NCBI GenBank assembly: GCA_047150005.1
Contig: AP038806.1
Location: forward strand, 1,248,001 to 1,312,000
DNA length: 64,000 nucleotides
Direction of reading: 5' to 3'
Source: Nitrospira sp.
Lineage (GTDB): Bacteria > Nitrospirota > Nitrospiria > Nitrospirales > Nitrospiraceae
Part shown: positions 22,348 through 31,685 of the stretch, piece after piece
Position numbering within the stretch: the first letter of the stretch is position 1
Layout of the letters: the number at the start of each line of letters is the position of its first letter
Position numbers and translations under genes: made by a program
The notes under the pieces: model-generated
The model's database searches: none
The model's input: the letters and a program-made list of their open reading frames with translations, nothing else
What the model was told of the DNA's origin: nothing

Positions 22348-22875
22348 TCACCATGTGACTACCAGCTTGGCCTCCACAATCGATTCGAGGTCAAGGTTCA
22401 TAATTCTCTCGGGAGGTGGATCGGCAACCGCAATCGTCACCACCTGCTCGGTCACATCGGTCAGTCGTCCGACGATGCGCCACTGTCCGGCACGAGGTTC
22501 CTTGAGCTTGAGGCTGATCCGCTTCCCGATAGCCCGTCGATAGTCCTGAATCCGTTTGAACGGTCTGTCCAGGCCCGGAGAGGACACTTCGAGCGTATAG
22601 GCGTGGGGAAACGGATCTGCAACGTCCAGCGCCGGCCCGAGAACGACGTGAGCCCGCTCGCAATCGCTCAGGGTGACGCCCCCCGGCTTATCGATAAACA
22701 CCCTGATCACCGACCGCGACCCCTGCCCCACACAGAGGACATCGACGAGTTCAAGCCCTAACGTCCAGAGGATGGGAGAGATCGCTTCTGTGATGCGTTC
22801 GACGACAGGTCGGGACTCTTTCACCGACTCCTTCAGCCCCGTTTCTCTCGCTGGTTCAGCTACCAGATCAAACAA
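22348..22875 (-). CDS. rimP: Ribosome maturation factor RimP (true start may be the GTG at 22824)
   Basis: IRVFIDKPGGV, DCE, YTLEVSSPGLDRP. Confidence 0.92.
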   Translation of the reverse strand: MFDLVAEPARETGLKESVKESRPVVERITEAISPILWTLGLELVDVLCVGQGSRSVIRVFIDKPGGVTLSDCERAHVVLGPALDVADPFPHAYTLEVSSPGLDRPFKRIQDYRRAIGKRISLKLKEPRAGQWRIVGRLTDVTEQVVTIAVADPPPERIMNLDLESIVEAKLVVTW

Positions 22876-22898
22876 AAAAGTGGGCCTGAGCCCACTTT
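22870..22898 (-). promoter_or_regulatory. rimP leader attenuator hairpin
   Basis: AAAGTGGGC-tcag-GCCCACTTT followed by a U tract directly upstream of rimP; promoter TTGCTT-N17-TATGGT at 22937-22909. Confidence 0.75.
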
Positions 22899-22945
22899 AC
22901 GCGGCAGCACCATACCATGTCACCCTTGCCAAAGCAAGGGGACCG

Positions 22946-23785
22946 TCAGGCGGTTTGCTCCGAAAACCACCCGGCAATTCGACCGGTCATACGGCCCGGC
23001 CGTCCGGAGCCGATCGCCTTGCCATCGATCTCGACGACTCCCAGAATCTCGACCGTGGTGCCGGTCAGGAACACCTCCTCCGCAACGAACAGATCCGCCT
23101 GAGAGGGATAGCATTCCTGGACTGAAATACCATGGGCGCGAGCGAGTCGCAACACCACATCTCTGGTCACCCCCGAAAGGATTCGTGGTCCTTCCGGCGC
23201 CGTGATCAGCGATCCGTCGCGAACGAGAACAACATTGCTGACGGCCCCTTCCGTCACAAGGCCGTCTTTGAGCAGAATCGTTTCGAACACTCCCGCGTGC
23301 TTGGCCTGCTGGCGCGCGAGCACGTTGGCCAGGAGGTTGAGGCTCTTAATGTCACAGCGCCCCCAACGGACATCGTCCATCGTCATCGCCGCCACGCCGC
23401 GACTCTTCACAGACTCGGCGAGCGGCCGCAACTCACGGACCGTCATCACGACCGTAGGAACGAGGCCGGCGGCGTAGCTATGGTCACGGGGAGCCGCGCC
23501 TCGGGTAATCTGCAGATAAATCTTGCTTTCCCGATAGGCGGCCCGCTCGATTCCCTCCAGAATCAGTTGCGACCATCGAGCATGGGGATACGGCTGTTGC
23601 AGCTGAATCGCCTGGGCGCTCCGATCAAGGCGCGCGAGATGCGCCTCCACTTCGAACGGCCGGCCGCGATAGGTGCGGATGACTTCATACACTCCGTCGC
23701 CGAACTGAAACCCTCGATCCTCGATCGATACCACGGCGTCGGCAAAGGGGAGAAATCGTCCGTTGAGAAAGGCCACCTCCGGCAC
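22946..23785 (-). CDS. dat: D-amino acid aminotransferase (class IV PLP)
   Basis: EDRGFQFGDGVYEV, YLQITRG, RCDIKSLNLL, TEGAVSN, ILSGVTR. Confidence 0.85.
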   Translation of the reverse strand: MPEVAFLNGRFLPFADAVVSIEDRGFQFGDGVYEVIRTYRGRPFEVEAHLARLDRSAQAIQLQQPYPHARWSQLILEGIERAAYRESKIYLQITRGAAPRDHSYAAGLVPTVVMTVRELRPLAESVKSRGVAAMTMDDVRWGRCDIKSLNLLANVLARQQAKHAGVFETILLKDGLVTEGAVSNVVLVRDGSLITAPEGPRILSGVTRDVVLRLARAHGISVQECYPSQADLFVAEEVFLTGTTVEILGVVEIDGKAIGSGRPGRMTGRIAGWFSEQTA

Positions 23786-23787
23786 GG

Positions 23788-24138
23788 TCAGAGACCCCGT
23801 TGCAGCCCGGCACCGGATATCGTGATGGAGAACACGCGCCGGTCTTCCGCCGTGAATTTCCACCCCATGCGCTTTTCGAAGACGATTTGCACGTTGCCGG
23901 GCTTGATCGGTTGAAACTCGAACGTTCTTGTCCCGTTGTCCACGGCGTTGTTCCCGGCGATGCGGAGATAGTCATCCCCGAGTAACGCGAGCGCCGCGGC
24001 GTCGTACGCGGGCACCCACTGCTCTCCTCGCGTCCGATCTTCCCATAAATGAATGGTGATCGGCCGGCCGACGACGGCCTGAATCGCCTTGACACCCGCG
24101 TTCGCTTGGCCGCTCCCTTCATCCTGACTCGTGGTCAT
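23788..24138 (-). CDS. Chagasin/I42 protease-inhibitor-like Ig-fold protein
   Basis: VGRPITIHLWEDRTRGEQW...GTRTFEFQPIKPG...IVFEKRMGW pattern. Confidence 0.6.
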   Translation of the reverse strand: MTTSQDEGSGQANAGVKAIQAVVGRPITIHLWEDRTRGEQWVPAYDAAALALLGDDYLRIAGNNAVDNGTRTFEFQPIKPGNVQIVFEKRMGWKFTAEDRRVFSITISGAGLQRGL

Positions 24139-24190
24139 GCGCGATACCGCCCTCTCATATTCGTGAACGGCGCCGGTTCTTCCGTCCGAG

Positions 24191-24514
24191 TCATGTCTTG
24201 CGACGGGGGCCGACGAAAATCTCTCCGTCCAGCACCCGGACTTCATAGCTGCCGACGCAATAGCCGCCCCCGTCGGTTCCCTGCCCGTTTCGTATGTCGA
24301 AGGCCAGGTCATGCCAAGGACAGGATACGACAAATCCTTTCACGCGCCCTTCGTTCAACGGCCCACCTTCGTGAGGACAAATGTTATAGATGGCGAAGTA
24401 CTGTCCTTCGACATTGAACAGGGCGATTGCACGATTGTTGATGTTCACGACTTTGGATCGCCCCGGCGGAATATCCTCGACGGAGCCGACCGACTGAAAC
24501 CCTTCCATTGTCAC
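24191..24514 (-). CDS. Rieske-type [2Fe-2S] ferredoxin
   Basis: CPHEGGPL and CPWHDLAFD. Confidence 0.92.
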   Translation of the reverse strand: MTMEGFQSVGSVEDIPPGRSKVVNINNRAIALFNVEGQYFAIYNICPHEGGPLNEGRVKGFVVSCPWHDLAFDIRNGQGTDGGGYCVGSYEVRVLDGEIFVGPRRKT

Positions 24515-24587
24515 TGCGGATTCTCCCCGGCTCTGAAGCGGTTGCTCCGATCGGTCATAGCAACGCTTGCCGCACGTTTTCCTGACA

Positions 24588-25100
24588 TTACATGCGGAGC
24601 GTGTACTTCAACTCATCTCCAACCGCGACACCCTTCTCCTTGATGAAGCCGGCCTCTGCTTGGATCAAATAGCGGACCGCCACAGGCGGAGGACCGTACC
24701 AAGGGCAGGGATCCTTCCGACAGGGTTCGACCTTTTCCAGCAGTTGGACGACTTGATGCCGCTCATCGATCCAGATCAAGTCCACGGGGAATCGGTACTC
24801 CTTTGTCGTCACCCGATGTGCCCCGGCCTGCTCAAAGATATAGATCATTCCTCCATTCGGGGGCAATGTCTCTTGGAAGGCCAAGCCGAAGAGCAGCTTT
24901 TCCGGTGTGTCCGCCACTTCGGCCTCCAACTCGATTCCGGTTGGAAAGGTCACGATGATCGTCTTCGTTTCCTCCCGCTGTATCAGAAAGGTCGAGAGAC
25001 TCATGAGCAAGATCGCCAGCAGCGCGAGCGTGATGATCCGCGTTTTCCATTGTGCTCGATCGATCGGCTGAGGTGCGGTCATGGTGACGCTTTGTACCAT
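24588..25100 (-). CDS. DUF192 family protein with N-terminal membrane anchor
   Basis: AEVADTPEK..GL.F..LPPNGGMIYIF, FPVDLIWID, PC..DPCP.Y. Confidence 0.85.
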   Translation of the reverse strand: MVQSVTMTAPQPIDRAQWKTRIITLALLAILLMSLSTFLIQREETKTIIVTFPTGIELEAEVADTPEKLLFGLAFQETLPPNGGMIYIFEQAGAHRVTTKEYRFPVDLIWIDERHQVVQLLEKVEPCRKDPCPWYGPPPVAVRYLIQAEAGFIKEKGVAVGDELKYTLRM

Positions 25101-25305
25101 TGTCCTTTATTCTTTGCGAGACAACTGGGCCCAAAGGCCCATAATATCAGCGTATCTAGGCCTTCTGACCGACTCCGTTCTGTTGACTTGGAAAAGAGCG
25201 GCAGAATAAAATGCGCACAGCTGTCGTGCCACTATGTCGTGCTGTGGCGGGCTTGTCAATTGTGTTTGTTTGCTGTTTCACCGAGGCGAGAAGGAGGCGA
25301 GGGTC

Positions 25306-25653
25306 ATGGCACTGTTGATTACTGATGAATGTATCTCCTGCGGAGCTTGCCTACCTGAATGTCCGAACGAGGCAATCTTCGAAACCCGTAGTGACGCGGA
25401 AACGAAGGGAAACCACGTAGGAGACGGCCAGGGAGTCGGCGACAATATTTACGTGATCACCCACGATCGGTGCACTGAATGTGTCGGACATTTCGATGAA
25501 CCTCAATGCGCCGCGGTCTGCCCAGTCGACAATTGCTGTATCTCCGATCCGGTCTATCCTGAAACCACGGACGTGTTGCTCGATAAGGCGAAGACGCTGA
25601 ATCCGGACAAGACAATCGACCCGGCGAAGGTCTGGAGCGGAGTCCGCAACTAG
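25306..25653 (+). CDS. 2[4Fe-4S] ferredoxin, YfhL/Allochromatium type
   Basis: CISCGACLPECP and CTECVGHFDEPQCAAVCP; AAGGAGG RBS; promoter TTGACT-N18-TAAAAT at 25183-25212. Confidence 0.93.
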   Translation: MALLITDECISCGACLPECPNEAIFETRSDAETKGNHVGDGQGVGDNIYVITHDRCTECVGHFDEPQCAAVCPVDNCCISDPVYPETTDVLLDKAKTLNPDKTIDPAKVWSGVRN

Positions 25654-25683
25654 TCATCTTTTCCTACCCATCACGTATTCCTG

Positions 25684-25715
25684 GGCCCCGTGGCTTACCG
25701 AGTCGCGGGGCCTTT
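25684..25715 (+). terminator. Putative intrinsic terminator after the ferredoxin gene
   Basis: GGCCCCGTGGCT...AGTCGCGGGGCC followed by TTT. Confidence 0.6.
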
Positions 25716-25859
25716 CAATTACTCTCCTGAAGAACCACTCACCACAATTCGTGGACTTCCCTCTTGCCACGCAGTAGAATCCTGAGGAGAGGGATTCACG
25801 TGCCTGTGCCCTCCCGAGGGGGGAGGCCTCATTCTCGCCCTATCCCATGGAGGTGAATC

Positions 25860-26192
25860 ATGGGACTTCGACTGTTTGTCCTGATCACGCTGTTCGGGCT
25901 CCTCGCCTTACCATCCCAATCCCAGGCGAGCACCGGAGATGTCGGAACGATCATCGAGAAATTCGTCGCCCGGCAATTCCCCGAGGCGACAACTCACTAT
26001 TGGGTGATTAACCAGACCCAGTGGGACGGAGATGAAATGATCGTGGACGTCCATACGATTGTGACGGAACGGCGCAGCGTGGAACCCCATCTGGACCATT
26101 TCCTGCTTCTGATCGTGGCGGGAGAACTCAAAGGCGTACAAAATCTTCCGCTTGAACCGGGAGCCGATTGTAAAGCCGAAGAAGAGGCTTGA
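25860..26192 (+). CDS. Small exported hypothetical protein
   Basis: GGAGGTG RBS; signal peptide ending SQA. Confidence 0.8.
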   Translation: MGLRLFVLITLFGLLALPSQSQASTGDVGTIIEKFVARQFPEATTHYWVINQTQWDGDEMIVDVHTIVTERRSVEPHLDHFLLLIVAGELKGVQNLPLEPGADCKAEEEA

Positions 26193-26214
26193 GCCCGAGG
26201 AGCAGTATTAAAAT

Positions 26215-26254
26215 ACAACGCCCCCTCCGCTGGAAAGCGGAGGGGGCGTTGTTT
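26215..26254. terminator. Bidirectional terminator
   Basis: 17-bp perfect stem ACAACGCCCCCTCCGCT-ggaa-AGCGGAGGGGGCGTTGT between convergent genes. Confidence 0.8.
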
Positions 26255-26286
26255 ATGTCACCATCGCGCAACGGCGCGAACGTCCA

Positions 26287-26766
26287 CTACTTGATCATCA
26301 CAAGCTTGCCACCGACGTGAGCCGGATGGAGGTGGCAGCGATAGGACAGGGTATTTCCCATCGTCGCATAGAACAGATCGCTGGTGGGGATACCGATGTA
26401 TTTCGTCTCGCCGGGCTTCAGAACCAGCTTAGCATTGATCGCAGTCGGCGCAGCCTGCGTCGTGGTGTCGGTCAACTGAAACCCATGCTCCGTCGTACCG
26501 TTATTGGTGACTTTAAGCAGAACCGGACGTCCGGGACGGACTTTGAAATCGATCACCGTCGTGGGAGGATACCAAGTCTTCATGTTCCCAATATCGATGG
26601 AATAGAGCTCTGCGTCCACATCCAACTCTTTGAACGGCTGACCGACCACGGAACCGGTTTCCCAGTCGCCGACTTCGACTCCGCCCGCCTGGTGCGCTAG
26701 CGCTGCCGACGCCCCAGCAATAACCATCACGAGGCCGAAGAAGACCCCGAACATCGTCTTGCCCAT
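26287..26766 (-). CDS. Exported cupredoxin, nitrosocyanin-like
   Basis: Signal peptide; KVTN...EHGF, LKPGETK and YRCHLHPAHVGG cupredoxin motifs; AAGGAGGT RBS. Confidence 0.8.
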   Translation of the reverse strand: MGKTMFGVFFGLVMVIAGASAALAHQAGGVEVGDWETGSVVGQPFKELDVDAELYSIDIGNMKTWYPPTTVIDFKVRPGRPVLLKVTNNGTTEHGFQLTDTTTQAAPTAINAKLVLKPGETKYIGIPTSDLFYATMGNTLSYRCHLHPAHVGGKLVMIK

Positions 26767-26913
26767 GACCTACCTCCTTAAAAATAAGAAGAGATGTGAT
26801 TAGGTTGGTAAATAACTACCGCTCGGATCAGGTAGCCTTGACCGCTCCGACGACCACTCAATTGCGTACTTTGATTGAATCTTATCCTCATACCGCTCTC
26901 AAAAGGAGGGCTC

Positions 26914-26943
26914 CTTATATCATAGCGGGGAAAAGGGAAGCAA
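26914..26943 (-). promoter_or_regulatory. Putative promoter of the cupredoxin gene
   Basis: TTGCTT-N18-TATAAG with a TGn extended -10. Confidence 0.45.
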
Positions 26944-27039
26944 GAACGTTAATCAAGTAGTCTGACAGGACTACCGCCAGCTAGACTGAGTGTTGTATCA
27001 CCGGGGCAACCGCCATAGATTCAATATTTTATTGGCCGT

Positions 27040-28593
27040 TCACTCAGAGCGACTTTCTCGGACATTCGAACCGATCAGGAGATCATACGGCGCATAATCG
27101 TCCGTGAATATTTCTCCCGGCCCCCAGGGCTCGGATCGGCGGGTACTCAGGAGAGCGATCGATTCCGAAGGAAGACGTTGGTGCTCAGCCATGGCTACGA
27201 CTTTGGCAGCCAAATCTTCCGCAGGTTGACTCTCAATAGGCAGACCGGCGAAAAAAATAAGATTCTCAGCCTTCCTCAGTGATGGCCATGGACCTTTGAC
27301 CGCATAGGTCTGGATCGTTGGAAATGACTCTCTCATACTCTGTACCACCGCCCGGGCCCTGAGGAGATCCGCTTCCTCTCCCGAGGAGGCCAGATTCACC
27401 GCCAATACCCCCTTGGGTTTCAGGTGCGCGCGCAGCTCCGAGAAAAATTCCTTGGTGGTTAGGTGGAAGGGGATCATATGGCGGGCGAACGCATCCACCC
27501 AGATCAGGTCGTAGACCTCCTTCGTACCGTTCAGGAACACCCGAGCATCTCGGGCATAGACATGGTGTTGAGACGGCGCCTGATACGCGAAAAACTCCTC
27601 GGCCATCCGCACCACGACGGGGTCGAACTCCACCACGTCCAGTTCCAATTCGGGCCATCCATGAGCCAGCCACTTGGCGAAGGATCCGCCGCCGTGGCCG
27701 AAAATCAAGCCTCGCTTCGGCTCGGGCACCCAGGCCAAGGAGGCCACCATCAACTGGCTATAAGGAAGGAACAGCGTGATCGGTTCGGCCTTCCACATGA
27801 CGGCGTGAAACGTTCGATCGAGTATCAGGTAGCGGAAAAGATCGTCGTCTCGAATGCGGACCTGTTGGTAGGGGCTGTCCTCCTGGTAAACCGGGGTCTT
27901 GAGCATCTCGACCGGATTGATCGCGCCGACTCCAAGTCCGCCCATGGCCAGCGCTAACACCCCGACGACGAGCGACCCCGTAGCCGTGCCCTTGAGCAAC
28001 CACCAGAACCCGAGCCCGACTTGAATGACGCCCAGCCACCCGACAAGCGCATGACTCCCGATCCAGGACAGGAAAAAAAAGGCGGTCCCCCAGGTTCCCG
28101 CCAAACTTCCTACGGTCGACAATGCGATCATGCGGCCCGTGTGACGACCAAGATAGTTGAGATCGGACACCGCCAATCGCAACATCGCCGGCAGCACCCC
28201 GCTGAGTCCGAACGCAGGAGGCGCAAGCAGCAGTCCAGCCGCAGCGCAGGGTCCCCAGCGGGGATCCTCGATCGTTGCCGCTACTTTGAATAACACCGGC
28301 TGACTCAGCCAAGCGATCAGAAAGGTCCATGCACCGGAAAACAACAGCAGGCAGGCCAAGACTCTCGCGCCCGGGTATCGGTCGGACATCCAGCCTCCGA
28401 AAGCATACCCACTGCTCATGGCAGCGAGAATGACTCCGATCAGCGCTCCCCAGACGAACAGCGAATTGCCGAAGACCGGTGCCAGCAAACGGCTGCCGAG
28501 TATCTCCAGCGCCATGACGACGGCGCCAGTGACAAAGGCGGTGAGTAGTAGGAACCAGCGAGGGGTGTGAGAGGAGTTATGCGACGAGTTCAT
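27040..28593 (-). CDS. Fused membrane domain / spermidine synthase-like methyltransferase
   Basis: MALEILGSRLLAPVFG multi-TM N-terminus; DSPYQQV, IFGHGGG, VVEFDPVV, DAR.F, YDLIWVDAF, TDDYAP. Confidence 0.88.
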   Translation of the reverse strand: MNSSHNSSHTPRWFLLLTAFVTGAVVMALEILGSRLLAPVFGNSLFVWGALIGVILAAMSSGYAFGGWMSDRYPGARVLACLLLFSGAWTFLIAWLSQPVLFKVAATIEDPRWGPCAAAGLLLAPPAFGLSGVLPAMLRLAVSDLNYLGRHTGRMIALSTVGSLAGTWGTAFFFLSWIGSHALVGWLGVIQVGLGFWWLLKGTATGSLVVGVLALAMGGLGVGAINPVEMLKTPVYQEDSPYQQVRIRDDDLFRYLILDRTFHAVMWKAEPITLFLPYSQLMVASLAWVPEPKRGLIFGHGGGSFAKWLAHGWPELELDVVEFDPVVVRMAEEFFAYQAPSQHHVYARDARVFLNGTKEVYDLIWVDAFARHMIPFHLTTKEFFSELRAHLKPKGVLAVNLASSGEEADLLRARAVVQSMRESFPTIQTYAVKGPWPSLRKAENLIFFAGLPIESQPAEDLAAKVVAMAEHQRLPSESIALLSTRRSEPWGPGEIFTDDYAPYDLLIGSNVRESRSE

Positions 28594-28802
28594 GCCGAAT
28601 ATTCAACGGACGAAAGGAGAATGGCATCGGTCTTCTTAGCTTTTCGAATGGAGGGCGCTCATACTACGCAGAGCCGCCCAAAGCTGTCAATGAATCGCCT
28701 GCCTGTCGCTGGACGGCTGACTTTCTGGCATACGTTGCCCGTTCGCAGGAAGAAAGTTATACTCCACTTCGGTTTAGAGTCACCGCTGACAGAGGAGAGA
28801 AT

Positions 28803-30137
28803 ATGCAGATCAGTGTTATCGGAACGGGATACGTCGGGCTGGTCACCGGAGCCTGCTTCGCCGAATTCGGCGTCAACGTCCTGTGCATGGACACGGACGC
28901 AAAACGGATCGCTCGGCTCGAGAAGGGCGACGTGCCGTTCTATGAACCAGGCATCACCGAACTCGTCGCCAAGGGAATCAGCCAGAGCCGATTGAGTTTT
29001 ACGGCCGATCTGACACGAGCTGTTGATCATGGGCAGGTCATCTTCATCGCCGTAGGCACCCCCCCGAAACAGGACGGATCGGCCGATCTTTCTTATGTCG
29101 AAGAGGTCGGTCGAGGCATCGCTCGGACCATGACGTCATACAAGGTCATCGTGACGAAATCGACCGTCCCCGTCGGCACGGGAGAGTTGCTGAAGAAGGT
29201 GATCAGCGCGAACCAGCCCAAAAAGGTCTTGTTCGACGTGGCCTCGAACCCAGAATTCCTCCGGGAAGGATCAGCCATCGAGGATTTCATGCGTCCCAAC
29301 CGGGTGGTCATCGGCGCCGAGAGCGAGCAAGCGGCGAGCGTGATGAAGGATCTGTATCGGCCCCTCTATCTGATCGAGACCCCTTTCGTCGTCACCGATG
29401 TTCCGACCGCGGAAATGATCAAATACGCTTCTAACGCCTTCCTGGCGACAAAAATCTCATTCATCAATGAAATCGCCACCCTGTGTGAGCGGGTCGGAGC
29501 CGATGTCCAGATGGTGTCGAAAGGAATGGGCTTGGATCACCGCATCGGGTCCAAGTTCCTGCACGCCGGCCCCGGATTCGGGGGATCCTGTTTTCCCAAA
29601 GACCTGGCCGCGCTGGTGCAGATGGGAGACCGAGCCGGTTATCCGATGCAGATTGCCCAAGCAGCCGCCATGGTCAATTCGCAGCAACGGGAACGCATGA
29701 TCGAAAAAATCACGGCTGCGCTCGGCAAGACCAAAGGTTCGACCATCGCCATGCTCGGGCTTTCCTTCAAGCCGAACACCAACGATCTGCGCGAGGCGCC
29801 GGCGCTGGCCATCGCCCAGGTACTGATGCAATCCGGAGCCGGCCTGCGCGGCTACGACCCGGCCTCGCTCGAAGAAGCGGCGCAAACGCTGCCGGGTATG
29901 ATTGCCTGCAAGGATCCTTATGACGCGGCGACCGGAGCGGACGCGCTGATTTTGATGACTGAATGGAATGAGTTCAGGAATCTCGACTTCGTGAAACTGA
30001 AGACCATCATGCGGAAACCGGTGCTCATCGATCTCCGCAATGTCTATGAGTCGAGCCGGGTCACGAGCTTTGGATTCCACCACATTTCGGTCGGACGAGC
30101 ACCCAAGAACCCCGCTGTCCAGGCGAATAACGGCTAG
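28803..30137 (+). CDS. ugd: UDP-glucose 6-dehydrogenase
   Basis: IGTGYVGL, FIAVGTP, KSTVPVGT, SNPEFLREG, GFGGSCFPKD, FKPNTNDLRE. Confidence 0.95.
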   Translation: MQISVIGTGYVGLVTGACFAEFGVNVLCMDTDAKRIARLEKGDVPFYEPGITELVAKGISQSRLSFTADLTRAVDHGQVIFIAVGTPPKQDGSADLSYVEEVGRGIARTMTSYKVIVTKSTVPVGTGELLKKVISANQPKKVLFDVASNPEFLREGSAIEDFMRPNRVVIGAESEQAASVMKDLYRPLYLIETPFVVTDVPTAEMIKYASNAFLATKISFINEIATLCERVGADVQMVSKGMGLDHRIGSKFLHAGPGFGGSCFPKDLAALVQMGDRAGYPMQIAQAAAMVNSQQRERMIEKITAALGKTKGSTIAMLGLSFKPNTNDLREAPALAIAQVLMQSGAGLRGYDPASLEEAAQTLPGMIACKDPYDAATGADALILMTEWNEFRNLDFVKLKTIMRKPVLIDLRNVYESSRVTSFGFHHISVGRAPKNPAVQANNG

Positions 30138-30841
30138 GTGAGGCGGGGCACCTCGGCCTTCTCCTCTTCCTTCGCTTTCGGCTTGTATCCCATTCGATCC
30201 AACACCTTCAAGATGCGCGTTTTCAACCGATCGTCGGCCTCCGCCAGTGCGGTGGCCAGCGGCTCGACCGCCGGTTTGCCGATCTTGCGTATGATCTCCG
30301 TCACGGACTGGCGCAGCTCATCTTCTTCGGAGACGAGCAGCGGCACGAGCGAAGAGACCGCCACCCCTCCGATCTTGATCAGCGAATCATAGGCACGCTG
30401 CCGGACATCCCCGACCTCGTCGGTCAAGGCGTCCACCAGAGGCCTGACCGCCCGTGCCTCCTTCAACTCTCCCAACACCTCCGCTGCATACTTTCTGTTG
30501 AGCCAATGGGTGTCCTTCAGATCGAGCAGCATGGCGTCCGCGCGGGCCGCGGTGGGATCTTTCGGGCGGATGCGAAAGCTCTTCGCGACACGCCGGCCGC
30601 CTTCTTCGATGACGCGGATCGTGGCGCCGTCTCCGACCTTCAGCTGCTTGAGTTCTTCCAGCGCCTCCTCGTCGATGTCCAGAAGCACGGTCTTGCCGTC
30701 ATAGGCCAACAGCTCCACTTCGACCTGTTTGGCCTCGGGATTGACCGCGACGACCCGTTCCGTGACGAGATTGAACCCGTCCTTTTTGGCCCCACCCTTG
30801 GGACCGATCTGAATCAATTTCACCGGAGCTTCATCCGCCAT
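30134..30841 (-). CDS. HEAT repeat protein with an N-terminal beta-rich (OB-like) domain
   Basis: Repeats AAEVLGEL..RAVRPLV and IGKPAVEPL; N-terminal part is non-repeat. Confidence 0.85.
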   Translation of the reverse strand: MADEAPVKLIQIGPKGGAKKDGFNLVTERVVAVNPEAKQVEVELLAYDGKTVLLDIDEEALEELKQLKVGDGATIRVIEEGGRRVAKSFRIRPKDPTAARADAMLLDLKDTHWLNRKYAAEVLGELKEARAVRPLVDALTDEVGDVRQRAYDSLIKIGGVAVSSLVPLLVSEEDELRQSVTEIIRKIGKPAVEPLATALAEADDRLKTRILKVLDRMGYKPKAKEEEKAEVPRLT

Positions 30842-30920
30842 GATGTATATCCTTTACTCGGGGGTGGAGGTTCACAGATTGTCCAGCACATCTGCCTCGT
30901 CGAGGGTGACCCGGCACGGG

Positions 30921-31685
30921 CTAGGAAACCGATTTCCATCCCAGGCTTGCCAGTACCCCTTCCACGGTTTCTTGCACCATCGTATTTTCGTCTTCGAGCA
31001 GAGGAAGCAACGGGTCGATCGCCTGTTTCGCCCCCAATCGCGCAAGCGATTCCGCTGCATTCCTCCGCACCAACCAGTCTTCGTCCTTCAACGACTCGAT
31101 CAGGGGGTCAACTCCCCGCTGATCACCGATCTTGCCCAACGCTTCGGCCGCATGACGCCGCACCATCCAATTGTTGCCCAGCAAGCCCTCGATGAGCGCG
31201 TCCACCGCCCTCGAATCCCCGATCTTCTTCAGGACACGCGCGACATCTTCCCGCAGCGTGCCGTCCGTGAGCGCGTCCACCAAGCCCGGAACCGCGCGGG
31301 AATCACCGATGCGCTCGAGCGCCCACACCGCGGCCGTCCGGACGGCGCCATCCTTGTCCTTGAGCGCCTTCACCAAGGGTTCGACGCCGCGGGGATCTTT
31401 CAGTTTGCCCAGTCCCGAAGCCGCCTGCTCTCGAATCGCCCATTCGTCGTCCTCCACCGCCTCGATCAGTCGCTCGACGGCGGCTGGTCCGATCCGAACC
31501 ACCGCGGTCGTGGCGGCCTCCCGAATCAACACGTCTTCGTCGGCCATGAGTCCGATCAACGGACCGATCGCCTCCTCTCCCACCTGGCTCAAGCTCGCGA
31601 TCGCGTGGTCCCTCAGCGCCTCGTTGTCGTCCCGCAACGCGCTGATCAGTTGCTCGATCCGGTTCGGCTGTTCCCCGTCAGTCAT
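30921..31685 (-). CDS. HEAT/PBS-lyase repeat protein
   Basis: Repeated DEDWLVRRNAAESL and ALGKIGD..VDPLI units. Confidence 0.9.
   Translation of the reverse strand: MTDGEQPNRIEQLISALRDDNEALRDHAIASLSQVGEEAIGPLIGLMADEDVLIREAATTAVVRIGPAAVERLIEAVEDDEWAIREQAASGLGKLKDPRGVEPLVKALKDKDGAVRTAAVWALERIGDSRAVPGLVDALTDGTLREDVARVLKKIGDSRAVDALIEGLLGNNWMVRRHAAEALGKIGDQRGVDPLIESLKDEDWLVRRNAAESLARLGAKQAIDPLLPLLEDENTMVQETVEGVLASLGWKSVS

Noticed and set aside
1607..22761. Long antisense or alternate-frame ORFs over thrC, hom, pnp, infB and nusA (e.g. 1607..2629, 3060..4316, 20277..21602)
   Set aside because: Shadow ORFs expected from GC-rich codon bias; no recognisable motifs; they fully overlap confident genes
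28073..28080. A8 homopolymer as a phase-variation tract
   Set aside because: Encodes a Phe run in a TM helix and the frame is intact
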